NCBI GenBank assembly: GCA_036785375.1 | Contig: JAWMAR010000201.1 | Coordinates: 310,001 to 374,000 of the forward strand | DNA: 64,000 nt | DNA from: Leucoraja ocellata | Taxonomy: Eukaryota | Direction: 5' to 3' | In this document: positions 1 through 11,769 of the stretch, one piece after another | Layout: each line of letters starts with the position of its first letter | How positions within the stretch are numbered: position 1 is the first letter of the stretch | Translations under genes and position numbers: made by a program | The notes under the pieces: model-generated | What the model saw: the letters and a program-made list of their open reading frames with translations, nothing else | Databases searched by the model: none | Told to the model about the DNA's origin: nothing

Positions 1-185
1 AAATAATATGGGAATGCTTCATTGAATATAATTCCGACTGGTAACTACGCGCTTCGTCCGAGCATTTTATCGCATGCGTCATGCAAGCCATCTTAAATGA
101 CCACCTAAACTGTCATTTGGTAACCTAAAAAGCTGCCAAGGTTGCCCGGCTGGCAACAGAGAAAAAAGGTTAAGCGAGAGCCCTG
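1..185 (-). mobile_element. End of a non-autonomous hAT-like DNA transposon (runs off the window start)
   Basis: Terminus ...GAGAGCCCTG (CAGGGCTCTC on minus). 1-140 is the near reverse complement of 3711-3850. Confidence 0.6.
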
Positions 186-476
186 AACAGTTCAGCCTGG
201 TCCAGTCCCACAGTTGCGCACACTCACTAACCACAGATGATCACTTTTCCCAACTGTGTCATGGAACCCCAAGATCCCATCCTTACACTCCCCACCCATC
301 CTTTCCAACCCATCCCACCTCCACACATATTACTGTAGCTCTCCCACCTATCCACACCCACTGCTGCCGATGAGCTGAGATTAGTGGGATCCTCTCCATC
401 CCAACACCACGGGAACATCTGTCCAGAGATAAGTACATGCCCTTGGATCCAGGGTGGAGTATGGTCAACACCTGAC

Positions 477-695
477 CTATAAAGGGTGGGATTTTCCATG
501 GGCTCGTCCTCTACCCTTGATTGAGGCAAAGTGTGGGATCCCAGAATAATTCACTGTTTCATACTCTTGGATCATGCTCTCCCTGGGGTTTCTGTGCCCT
601 CCTCGTCTGGCTGGTCCAGGAACTGGCATCACAGGAGATTTCACTGTGTCATATATGGTGGCAGGAATCTCCAGCCTCTCCTTGTTCTGAGCCTG
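477..695 (-). CDS. SLAM/CD2-family receptor, last coding exon (cytoplasmic, ITSM)
   Basis: Polypyrimidine tract + CAGCAG acceptor. Phase-0 frame QAQNKERLEIPATIYDTVKSP...IQEYETVNYSG...HPL*, stop TAG at 479-477. TIYDTV fits the ITSM consensus TxYxxV/I. Confidence 0.85.
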   Translation of the reverse strand, partial: QAQNKERLEIPATIYDTVKSPVMPVPGPARRGGHRNPRESMIQEYETVNYSGIPHFASIKGRGRAHGKSHPL

Positions 696-714
696 CTGAG
701 AAAGCAGAGAGAGT

Positions 715-1100
715 TCAGAGGATTAGAGTTTATAAATTATGAGAGCGTTAGATAAGACAGGCCGTCAGAACCTTTCTCCCAGGGTGGAAATGTCAAAGAT
801 TAGAGGGCATAACTTTAAGGTGAGCCGAGACTCAAAAGTGTTTAATTGTCATATGTATTGAAAACAGAAGAATTACATTCTTATTTGGAAGGGCAAATTT
901 TAAAAGAAATGTGCGGGACAATTATTTTACTCAGAGATGCTGGGTGCCAGTAATGCCCCACTTAAGAGGCTTTTTAACAGGCACAATTATGGATGGATGT
1001 GGATCACATACAAACAGAGATTAGTTTAACGTGGCTTCTTGTTCAGTGTTGATATTATGGGCTGCAGGGAGCTTGTTTCTATATGTACTGTTCTATATTG
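715..1100 (+). mobile_element. Degraded CR1 LINE 3' fragment
   Basis: Diverged similarity to the RT C-terminus/3' UTR of the younger CR1 copies in the window. Confidence 0.6.
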
Positions 1101-1147
1101 TCCTTAGTCACCCATTGCATGGGCAAATTCATGAAGGCGTAAACACT

Positions 1148-1312
1148 AACTAGGTGTGTGGGGGTACACAGTGTACCCCAGTAACTGGGTGTGTGAGGTC
1201 AATGTACCCCAGTAACTGTGTGTTGGGACAGTGTACCCCAGTGACTGGGTGTGGAGTCAGTCTACCCCAATCACTGGGGATTTGAGGGGGGGGGGGGACA
1301 GTGTATTACCAG
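1148..1312. repeat. Intronic minisatellite, ~30-bp unit (CAGTGTACCCCAGTAACTGGGTGTG...)
   Basis: About 5 imperfect tandem copies visible. Confidence 0.75.
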
Positions 1313-1616
1313 TGAGAGTGGAGATGGATGAAGCAGCATCTCCTGTCCAACCTGAAGTGGATGTTGCTGAGATAAGTTTCAGTCTGATCTGAATTTTTTT
1401 CATTGAGTGCTTGGGATATTTCTGTGCCTTGTTATTGCTTTGAACTGTGGCAGAGTTCGGTGAGAGCTTACTCAACTATGATTTCTAATTCAGTGTGAGG
1501 TTGTGTTGTGCCTATATGGGATTCTGTGTCCTGCCTGCTGCAGAGATAGTAAGGATGGCCCCAGAGAACTGAGGGGTTCAGATCGCCCATCCCTGAGGCA
1601 ATATGTGTCCCTTTAC

Positions 1617-1705
1617 CATCTCGTTCTCCTCCCGAGGCTGTCTGTTGGCTGGATGTCTCTGTGATGGCTGGGGTTGTGCATAGATAGTCTCCATGTTTGA
1701 TGGGC
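1617..1705 (-). CDS. SLAM/CD2-family receptor, cytoplasmic exon 1
   Basis: CTCTCCCCCACAG acceptor. Phase 1 frame (G)PSNMETIYAQPQPSQRHPANRQPREENEM; donor ATG|GTAAAG (phase 0), compatible with the last exon. Confidence 0.8.
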
Positions 1706-2155
1706 CTGTGGGGGAGAGTAAGAAGGATTAGTACCTGCCCTCACCACGCATCATCTCCTTTCCATCCCAGTCACTTTAACCCTCATCCCTGTCAACCATT
1801 CTATCCCTCCCCTCCTCACCCTTAGCCCTTCCCGATCTACCTCCTGATCATCCCAGTCCCTCCCACCTTTGTACTTCCTTCCCTCCCGATACTGCCCCCT
1901 TCCCCTACCTGCAATCAACCCTCGTGCTGTGACTCATTTCCCTTTCCAACCTTCATATTTCTCTGTTCTCAAATCTCTACCCCTTTTACCCACTATTCCC
2001 TCCCCTCACCACTTCCTCTTCTCCCTGAGTGCACCTTCTCCATTTCATCCTCTGTCCTCTCCTGCTCCAATTCATCATCTCCCATCTAGCACCATGTGCA
2101 GTCTTTCCTGGGACTGCGACCACTCTGGCTCATGGGCTGGGTATCAGATACTTGC

Positions 2156-2293
2156 CTCCAGTGACTAGAGCGTTTTGACCTCCTCCTGTTCTCCTCCTTA
2201 CGATGAAGCAGACCAGAAAAATGATGCAAACAGCTACACAAGCTGCAACAACCGAAATAATAATAATAATTTGATTCCATGATCTCCTTCGTC
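2156..2293 (-). CDS. SLAM/CD2-family receptor, transmembrane exon
   Basis: TTGTTTTAG acceptor. Phase 1 frame (G)RRRSWNQIIIIISVVAACVAVCIIFLVCFIVRRRTGGGQNALVTG = hydrophobic helix plus RRR stop-transfer; donor GAG|GCAAGT. Confidence 0.85.
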
Positions 2294-2619
2294 CTAAAAC
2301 AACAGAGGAGTCAAAATTTAATTATTCCATTTCCATTCTAGCTCTCCCACGGACAGAGAGTTGATGGGATCCATCTAGCCACATGGGTTTTGATGAAGTC
2401 CTCCATTAATACAGTTTCGGTGCCCTCAGTCCACCCTCTATTCACCCCTCAAAACATTCCCCTCCATCCCCACGTGGAATCCAAGGTGAGCTACCTAATT
2501 GGATCCAAAATTAGCTTGGTGATGGGAGGCAAAGGGTAAAGGTGGAAGAATATATTTTTGATAGGATGTATTTGACTAGTGGTGCAACATAAAGGTGAAA
2601 GAAGATGTTGGTTTACCAG

Positions 2620-2880
2620 AAAAAGATACAATGTGCTGGAATAACTCAGTGGGTCAGGCGGCATCTCTGGAGAACGTAGATAGGTAATGTTTCGGGTCAG
2701 AACCCTTCTTCGGACTGATTGTGGTGCATGGGGGAGGGGCGCATGGGGAATGCTGGATGAGTGCTGGGCAAAGCCAGGCAAATGATAGGTAGAAACAGGA
2801 AAGGGGGTTGATAGGCAGAAAGTTGGGCAAAGTCCAGCGATTTAAAAGACAAAAGGTGAGATAAGGATAGAAGAAATACT
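2620..2880 (-). mobile_element. Penelope-like element terminal fragment with degenerate hammerhead core
   Basis: Matches the recurrent GCTGGAG.AACTCAGCGGGT.AGGCAGCATCT...TTTCGGGTC..ACCCTTCTTCAGAC motif seen elsewhere in the window next to GIY-YIG remnants. Confidence 0.65.
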
Positions 2881-2889
2881 TTATTGTAT

Positions 2890-3430
2890 TTTAAATGTTG
2901 TTATGGTACCCGCTGCAACCACTTCATCAGGTTGCACATTCCATTTATGTACCACCTTCTGTGTGGAAAACATTGTCCAAACGTTTCCACTAAATCTTTT
3001 CCCTCGCACATTAAAGCTATGACTTCTAGTTCTTGATTCTAAAGCCCTGGAGAAAAGACCATGTTCACCCTATCTATGCTACACGTGATTTTATACACCC
3101 CTGTAAGATCACTCAGCCTCCTACTCTCCAAGGAATAAAGTTCTAGCCTGCTCTACTTCTCTGTCTTTTGAGTCATGTCAACGTCCTTGTACATCTTTCT
3201 GTACGCTTTCCAACAATGGCATATCTCCTATAGCATGTTGACCAAAATTGAACTCAATACCCCTAATTGTGGCTTCATCACGGTTTTGTACAACTGCAAC
3301 ATAGCATCCCAACTTCTATATTGAATGCCTATACTGATAAATGGCACAGTGCCAAAAGCCTTCTTCACCATCCTGTCAACCTGTGATGTTATTTTCAGGG
3401 AACTATGCACCTGTACTCAGTTCCTCTGTC
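2890..3430 (-). mobile_element. Old CR1 LINE RT/3' fragment
   Basis: ORF 3228..3410 (MHSSLKITSQVDRMVKKAFG...YRSWDAMLQLYK) resembles the CR1 RT C-terminus. Confidence 0.75.
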
Positions 3431-3701
3431 GTATGAGACCCTCCAGAGATCAATGTTATAATACGTTGATTAAGCCAGCTGGAATATATTGTGTACAATT
3501 TTGGCCATCACACTATAGAAAGGGTGTGATTTCACTGAAGCAGTGCAGATATTCACCAAAATGTCTGAGATTGAATGTTTCAGTTATGAGCGGAGACTGG
3601 ACTGGTTGGGATTCTTTTCTTTAGAGTGGAGGCGGCTGGGAGTGGAGGAGTACTATTATAGATGCATCACATTATGAGGGACCGAGATAGGGGAGATAGT
3701 G

Positions 3702-4290
3702 CAGGGCTCCCTTGGCAGCTTTTTAGGTTGCCAAATGACAATTTAGGTGGTCATTTGAGATGGCTTGCATGACGCGTGCGATAATGTGCTCGGACGAAGT
3801 GCGTAGTTACCAGTCAGAATTATACTCAATGAAGCATTCACATATTATTTCCGCTTCAAGTAAAGTCACTAGACATTCACAAAACTAGACATTCACCAAT
3901 CAAGACATGATATATCTCACAATGACATGCGGCAAAATTATAAGACAGTATCTCAACTCTTTTTACACATTGCGTTGTAATTTCTATTAGTTCTTTCCAC
4001 TTCCAAACAAAAATGTGGTTGGATTATTCAGCGTATGATCAACCCGTGTCAATAAATCCTGGACCATGGTAACATATATGCGTACGTATAGTTGTGAATG
4101 TTGCTCATTAAATAACTACAGTACTGATACTCCATATTAAGAGCATTGATTTGCCGTTAAAATGAATTCTGTATTAACTTGTCAACGGTAACAGTGACAA
4201 TCGAACACTGCGGTTTTAATGTTTCATGTGTTCACAATTTCATTAATCCATCTTTATAGATTAAAACAAATAATAACATTGGGAATTAAA
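3702..4290 (+). mobile_element. Second, truncated copy of the hAT-like element at 1-185, opposite orientation
   Basis: Starts CAGGGCTC, has a short internal deletion, then matches the reverse complement of 1-140. Right boundary approximate. Confidence 0.6.
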
Positions 4291-4299
4291 AGGCAGAAT

Positions 4300-4815
4300 G
4301 GTTAGAAGGCAGTCGGTGCAGAATGGATGGATTGAGGCAGGTGAATTAGTACGTGTTGGTTGGAGTAGGTAAAATTGTGAGGGGAGAGCACGGGTGATGT
4401 CAGTGGTGTTGAATGGAGGGTTCAGTACGGGATGGATGGGGGTAGACAAAAGTGCTGGAGAAACTCAGCGGGTGAGGCAGCATCTATGGAGCGAAGGAAA
4501 TAGGCAACGTTTCGAGTCGAGACCCTTCTTCAGACCTTTCCCCCCATTCTTCTTGAATGGGAGGATCAGTACAGGATGGATGGGGGGGGGGGGGGGGGGG
4601 GAGATCAGTGCAGGATGAATGGAAGGGGGGGGGTCAGTACAGTGTGGATCGGAGGGTCAGTGCAGGATAAATGGGGAATCACTACAGGATGAATGGGGGA
4701 AGGTGCAGTGTAAATGGAGGGTGGGCCAGTACGGGATGAATGCGTGGATTAGTACAGGATGGATGGGTGAATCAGTACAGGATAGATGGAGGAGGTGCAG
4801 GATGGATGGGAAAGG
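4300..4815. repeat. Degenerate G-rich minisatellite (~23-bp CAGTACAGGATGGATGGGG unit) interrupted by a Penelope terminal piece at 4441-4535
   Basis: Repeated CAGT(A/G)CAGGAT(G/A)GATGG cores. Confidence 0.7.
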
Positions 4816-5039
4816 GGTAAGTATCTTGTAGCGGGAACAGCCCCCTCCTTTGCGTAGTTTCCCTTGCATTGTATTGCTTTAACACACACTGCACAAAATT
4901 AAATTTAACGTATACATTTATATGTGAGAGGCAAGTTAGAGATAGTTAAGTTTATTCTCATGGATCAGAAGCAACTTTGATTTAAATAATCACTATTAAT
5001 TTATTTGTCTTGTAAGATGATATACATAAACCATAAAGG

Positions 5040-5332
5040 NNNNNNNNNNNNNNNNNNNNNNNNNNNNNNNNNNNNNNNNNNNNNNNNNNNNNNNNNNNNN
5101 NNNNNNNNNNNNNNNNNNNNNNNNNNNNNNNNNNNNNNNNNNNNNNNNNNNNNNNNNNNNNNNNNNNNNNNNNNNNNNNNNNNNNNNNCATATGGATACA
5201 TTTNNNNNNNNNNNNNNNNNNNNNNNNNNNNNNNNNNNNNNNNNNNNNNNNNNNNNNNNNNNNNNNNNNNNNNNNNNNNNNNNNNNNNNNNNNNNNNNNN
5301 NNNNNNNNNNNNNNNNNNNNNNNNNNNNNNNN
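5040..5332. other. Assembly gap (N runs with a 15-bp island at 5189-5203)
   Basis: Ns in sequence; lies in the intron between C2 copy B and the TM exon. Confidence 1.
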
Positions 5333-6512
5333 GTAGAGGAACCAACGAGAGAGCAGGCTATTTTAGACTGGGTATTGAGTAATGAGGAAGGGTTAGTTAG
5401 CAATCTTGTTGTACGTGCCCCCTTGGGCAAGAGTGACCATAATATGGTTAAGTTCTTCATTAGGCAGGCAGTGACTAGTGGGGTACCACAAGGCTCAGTG
5501 CTGGGACCCCAGCTATTTACAATATATATTAATGATCTGGATGAGGGAATTGAAGGCAATATCTCCAAGTTTGCGGATGACACTAAGCTGGGGGGCAGTG
5601 TTAGCTGTGAGGAGGATGCTAGGAGACTGCAAGGTGACTTGGATAGGCTGGGTGAGTGGGCAAATGTTTGGCAGATGCAGATGCAGTATAATGTGGATAA
5701 ATGTGAGGTTATCCATTTTGGTGGCAAAAACAGGAAAGCAGACTATTATCTAAATGGCGGCCGACTAGGAAAAGGGGAGATGCAGCGAGACCTGGGTGTC
5801 ATGGTACACCAGTCATTGAAAGTAGGCATGCAGGTGCAGCAGGCAGTGAAGAAAGCGAATGGTATGTTAGCTTTCATAGCGAAAGGATTTGAGTATAGGA
5901 GCAGGGAGGTTCTACTGCAGTTGTACAGGGTCTTGGTGAGACCACACCTGGAGTATTGCGTACAGTTTTGGTCTCCAAATCTGAGGAAGGACATTATTGC
6001 CATAGAGGGAGTGCAGAGAAGGTTCACCAGACTGATTCCTGGGATGTCAGGACTGTCTTATGAAGAAAGACTGGATACACTTGGTTTATACTCTCTAGAA
6101 TTTAGGAGATTGAGAGCGGATCTTATAGAAACTTACAAAATTCTTAAGGGGTTGGACAGACTAGATGCAGGAAGATTGCTCCCGATGTTGGGGAAGTCCA
6201 GGACAAGGGGGTCACAGCTTAAGGATAAGGGGGAAATCCTTTAAAACCGAGATGAGAAGAACCTTTTTCACACAGAGAGTGGTGAATCTCTGGAACTCTC
6301 TGCCGCAGAGGGTAGTCGAGGCCAGTTCATTGGCTATATTTAAGAGGGAGTTAGATGTGGCCCTTGTGGCTAAGGGGATCAGAGGGTATGGAGAGAAGGC
6401 AGGTACGGGATACTGAGTTGGATGATCAGCCATGATCATATTGAATGGCGGTGCAGTCTCGAAGGGCCGAATGGCCTACTCCTGCACCTAATTTCTATGT
6501 TTCTATGTTTCT
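5333..6512 (+). mobile_element. Young CR1 LINE, internally deleted, 3' end intact
   Basis: APE end (PTREQAILDWV...SDHN) fused to RT (GVPQGSVLGP, FADDTKL); (TTTCTATG)n tail. Confidence 0.92.
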
Positions 6513-7751
6513 ATTATTTTCCAACGATCAATAGATTTACGATCAGTTCCTGTGGATTGGAGGATAGCTAATGCTATCCCACTTTTCAAGAAAGGAGCGA
6601 GAGAGAAAACGGGGAATTACAGACCAGTTAGCCTGACTTTGGTGGTGTGAAAGATGCTGGAGTCAATTATTAAAGATGTAATAATGGGGCATTTGGATAG
6701 CAGTAAAAGGATTAGTCCAAGTCAACATGGATTTATGATTTTACAATGCATTTAAGCCTCTCCCATTTTTATGAGATGAATTCCTGGAATATGTAGGAAG
6801 TTTATTGTAACCTTCTCTAGGATCTTTGTTTGCAAGTAACGGCCGCTATCAGGGCGGGCGGGGTGCGGGAGGAGGAGGAGATGGAGCCGCTGTTCGGTGC
6901 CCGTCATTCGCTTCGACCCTTCGTCACCACGCACCTAGTATCTTTCTCACGCAATACAGCCGTCACCGCCGACACAAAACGTCTCGTTCCCTTTCTCCTG
7001 AGATGCTGCCTGACACGCTGAGTTACTCCAGTTTTTTGTGTCTATCTTCGGTACAAACCAGTATCTGGTTGCCAAGCCGGGCAAAATGACTCGGTGTTTG
7101 GTTGCCCAGCGGCGCTTTGAGTGGTCAATGGCACCCAGGCAACCGTTAATTTCGAGCCCTGTAGTGTGAATAGATTTTTCTAATAGAAGATATATATTTA
7201 AGGAGAGTAGTGAAAGGTTATAGAGGATCTGTGGAAGATTTGTTTCGCCTGGAGGGCAGACAAAATCTGAAACACACTCCCTAAGTAGGTGGTGGGGCAA
7301 ATATTCTCACAGTATTAAAGCCTCTGGGCAAGGGCATAAATTTCCAAGGCTAGAAAGCTATGATCAAGTACTGGTCCCATTGGGCCAACTATACAAACAT
7401 TTACAACCACGCACTACCAGCCCAGGACTCTAACTCAGGAGTCAAACTACTGAATGGTCCACCCATAAGCCAGGTATAATCCTGATCTTGCAATCTACCA
7501 CATTGCCAACATTTGACTTTTTCTTTGAAACTAACATTACAATGCTGCAAATATATATTCTGCATTCCGGTATTTTTCTTTTTGCTTGTGTATAGCTTGA
7601 TTGTAGTTATATATATGTTTAAGAAGGAACTGTAGATGATGGAAAATCAAATGTAGACAAAAATCCTGGAGAAACTCAGCGGGTGAGGCAACATCTATGG
7701 AGCGAAGGAAATAGGCAACATTTCGGGTCGAAACCCTTCTTCAGTCTGAAC

Positions 7752-10232
7752 ATGTTACCCACATTATTCTACATTTGTTAGATCATTGCCTGCTCACTTA
7801 ACTTGCCTTATTAGCCTTTAATAATTACCTTATGCTCACTTCATAACTTACTTTCCTACGTTTTGGGCCTTTTACACGAGTCATGTTAAAATTCATATAC
7901 TGGTGGAGGCTCCAGAACGAGCCCTTTGGCAATATTATATGTTGTTCATTTATGCCTACTCTGTTTCCTGTTATCCTGCCAGTCTTCTGTTCACTCCAAC
8001 ACAAATTCTGCTGCACTACAAGCTTTTATTTTCTTCAATAACGTTTGATGGAACATCTCCATGAAATGCCTTATGGAAATCTAATAACAGTGCACCTTCA
8101 TTGGTTTCTGTTCCTTCTTGTTTGTAACAAAGTGCCCTAAGACACATTTCTTCCCTCAGTGATTCTCTCTGGAGCTAACTTATTTCACATAGATTCAAAT
8201 TGCAATTTCACTTTTTGTATTTTGGACCCACCCAAGCTTGCAGGTCTGTTCAGCATGATGTTGAATAAAAGTTTGGAATCCTACAGTTCCAGCATGGATT
8301 TCTTTCTCTCTTCTGTAATTCATCTCCTATTTGCACCTTCTACAGCCAGGTTCTGTACAGAAAACAAGTATTCACCATCTCTCAGCCAGCATCACCATCG
8401 CCTCTGTTATGTGTGTGTCTCTCTGTCGCTATCATTGGCATTCTCTCAGTATTTCCGATTCCACCTCTCTGTCACATAAAATACATTTGATTTCTAATTT
8501 TTCCAATTTCTGACATAAAATCATCGACCTGGAATGTTGGTTATCTTTCTCTCATATCGTTGGCTGTTGAACCGTTGGAGCATTTCCAATATCTTCTGTT
8601 TTTATTGCATATTTCCAAAATCAGCAGTGTGTTTCACTCACCCGATGTGGCCTGTTTGCAGTCGTCCGTCAGCCAGATCTGGGCCGTGCCCTTACTGACC
8701 AGGTTCCTGGCCTCACACTTGTACTCAACGTCCCCGACCCCTGCTGTGTGATGAACCTCTATCGTCTCTCCGTGTCGCCAGGGGTGATGAGTGCTGCCGT
8801 TTCCCAGAGGTTCTTGTCCCTTCCACCACCTGAAGCTGGTGGGGTTGCCAGAGGTCACGGAGCAGGTCAGCTTGCAAATCCCGGTGATGTTCTGAATCTT
8901 AATCTGTGTTCCTGCCATGGGCTCTGAGGTTGCGGCAGAGAGAAGAAAGATGAATAAAGGAGATTCTTGTGGACCCCTCAATACCCAACACCCCGTCTCC
9001 AAGAGCCACGTGAACATTAAGCCACTCCCAGCTAATTTCCACCCACCAGTTTAACTCTTCCCTGCCCCCCCCCCCTTCAGTTCAGCGAGTTGTTGCTGTG
9101 AGAAGTCCACACGTGATGCGCCCTCTTCACATCCACCAACTCTCCACCATGTCCTGCTTATGGCTCTGTATCTTAAGTGATAGGAGTTGAATTAAACCAT
9201 TTGGCCCATCAAATCTACTCCACCATTCAATCATGGATGATTGAACCTGGGGATTCTCTCCAGGCGCAGGGTTTTTTTCACTTCCTCAAAAGGTCCCTGC
9301 GTCCCTTGTGCACCTGAGTGTGACCCAGCCCAGACCGGTCCTGAACCTGATCCAAGAGTGTCAGCCCTGTGACTGTGATGAGCACAGACCCAGACTGGGA
9401 TAGTGTGCCATGTTCCAGAGTGAATCCAGCACCATGCAGATCCTGGGTCACACACCGTCTCCCCCACAGAGACTGAAACAGCTCACAAATCGGGGGTGTA
9501 AATAGCAAGTTGTTCCCAGTCTTGTGATGGGACACATTCTGAGAGGGGAACCAAGTTGTCAGAATGGAGAAAATGTCAAAATGGACAGAGCAGAGATCTG
9601 GGGCTGCAGAGTCACCCTCACTGAAAGCAGATACATGGGCAGGGAAATCTCCTGATCACTGCCCCCCCCCCCCCCCCCCCCCCCCCATCCTCAGCAGATG
9701 AACTAGCTCTACCCCATGTTGGACCACACTTAGAATGCGTCCTGAGACCAGCAAAGGCCAGAACGTCCTCTAGGTGGGGATTTCAATGTCCAACATGGGA
9801 GTGGGTTGGTAGCACCTCCACAGACTGAGCCTCCAACTCCTGAGGGACAGCGGGCCATGGTGGGCTGCGACCAGGGATAATCTGGCCTGACCTGGCCATC
9901 CCCAGGCTACCAGTGGCAGGTGCATCTGTCCCTGACACCAATGATGAGACTTATCACTGTACAGTCCTTGTGGAGACAAGTCTGGTCTTCACACCAAAGG
10001 CTCATCCCCATCATATTGTGTGGCACCTACAATTGAGCTCAGTGGGAGAGGCTCAGAATAGATCATGCAGCTGACAACTGGGGTCTATGCGTTCCTGTGG
10101 ATAGCAGCAGAACTGTCCACCACGCAGACTGTAACCTCATGGTTCACGCCACCATTCCTGTCACCGAGGGGGGGTCAACCCTGGTTTACTGAGGAGCGCA
10201 GAGGACATGAAGCAGCACCAGGTGGAGATAAA
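7752..10232. repeat. Tandem segmental duplication unit B (contains C2 exon B)
   Basis: Colinear, high identity with 10607-14120 across intron and exon. Confidence 0.9.
8642..8923 (-). CDS. SLAM/CD2-family receptor, Ig C2 exon copy B
   Basis: 282 bp, CAG acceptor, G|GTGAGT donor, phase 1/1. (E)PMAGTQIKIQNITGICKLTC...FRWW...YKCEARNLVS...DDCKQATS has the four Cys typical of CD2/SLAM C2 domains. Confidence 0.88.
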
Positions 10233-11487
10233 CACGACAATGTTATATTCACAAATATGGCTTTATTTTCTCCCTATGTGAACAACACACGTAAATATTA
10301 TTTTATTTACTCCCTTGCTGGGTCAGCAGAGCTTGAGAGACATTATAAACACACATCAAGCAGGATTAAAGAGGGCCTTAAATTGTTCAGTTCCAGCTGC
10401 ATTCTTAAGTAAAAACCAAAAATGCTGAAAATAGTTAGAAGGTCAGGCCGCATCTGTGGCAAGAGAAACAGTTAATATTTTAGGTTGAAGACTCGTCTTC
10501 AGTCATAGTCTTTGACCTAACGTCTGTATGACGTTATGACTGCAATCACTTACTAGTTGGGTAATGTGCTTCTTTGTTATTCTTCCTGCAAATATTAAAC
10601 AATTTACCATGTTATTCTACATTTGTTAGATCCTTGCCCGCTCACTTATCTTGCCTTATTATCCTTTAATAATTACCTTATGTCCACTTCATATCTTACT
10701 TTCCTACATTTTGGGCCTTTTACACGAGCCATGTTAAAATTCATATACTAGTGGAGGCTCCAGAACGAGCCCTATGGCAATATTATATGTTGTTCATTTA
10801 TACCTACTCTGTTACCTGTTATCCTGCCAGCCTTCTGTTCATTCCAACACAAATCCTGCTGACCTACAAGCTTTTATTTTCTTCAATAACTTTTGATGGA
10901 ACATCTCCATCAAATGCTTTATGGAAATCTAATAACAGTGCACCTTCATTAGTTTCTGTTCCTTCTTATTTGTAACAAAGTGCCCTAAGACACATCTCTT
11001 CCCTCAGTGACTCTCTCTTTGGAGCTAACTTATTTCGTGTAGATTCTAATTGCTATTTCTCTTTTTGTATTTTGGACACACCTAAGCTTGCAGGTCTGTT
11101 CAGCGTGATGTTGATTAAAAGTTTGGAATCCTACAGTTCCAGCATGGATTGTTTTCTCTCTTCTGTAATTCATCTCGTAATTGCACCTTCTACAATCAGG
11201 TTCTGTACAGAAAACAAGTATTCACCATCTCTCAGCCAGCATCACCATCGCCTCTGTTATGTGTCTCTCTGTCGCGATCATTGGCATTCTCTCTGTATTT
11301 CCGATTCCACCTTTCTGTCACATAAAATACATTTGATTTCTAACTTTTCCAATTTCTGACATAAAATCATCGACCTGGAATGTTGGTTATCTTTCTCTCA
11401 TATCATTGGCTGTTGAACCATTGGAGTATTTCCAATATCTTCTGTTTTTATTGCATATTTCCAAAATCAGCAGTGTGTTTCACTCAC

Positions 11488-11769
11488 CCGATGTGGCCTG
11501 TTTGCAGTCGTCCGTCAGCCAGATCTGGGCCGTGCCCTCACTGACCAGGTTGCTGGCCTCACACTTGTACTCAACGTCCCCGACCCCTGCTGTGTGATGA
11601 ACCTCTATCGTCTCTCTGTGTCGCCGGGGGCGATGGATGGTGTCGTTTCCCAGAGGTTCTCCTCCCCTCCACCACCTGAAGATGGTGGGGTCGCCAGAGG
11701 TCACAGAGCAGGTCAGGTTGCAAATCCCGGTGATGTTCTGAACCTTAATCTGTGTTCCTGCCACGGGCT
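11488..11769 (-). CDS. SLAM/CD2-family receptor, Ig C2 exon copy A
   Basis: 282 bp, CAG acceptor, G|GTGAGT donor, phase 1/1. (E)PVAGTQIKVQNITGICNLTC...YKCEASNLVS...DDCKQATS. Confidence 0.9.

Noticed and set aside
1148-1312. CRISPR-like array
   Set aside because: Eukaryotic intronic minisatellite with no unique spacers and no cas genes.
1470-1540. Extra cytoplasmic exon on the minus strand (CTGCAG acceptor, GTAAGC donor)
   Set aside because: The phase-0 frame hits a stop after ~15 codons, and the alternative acceptor gives an incompatible phase with the last exon.
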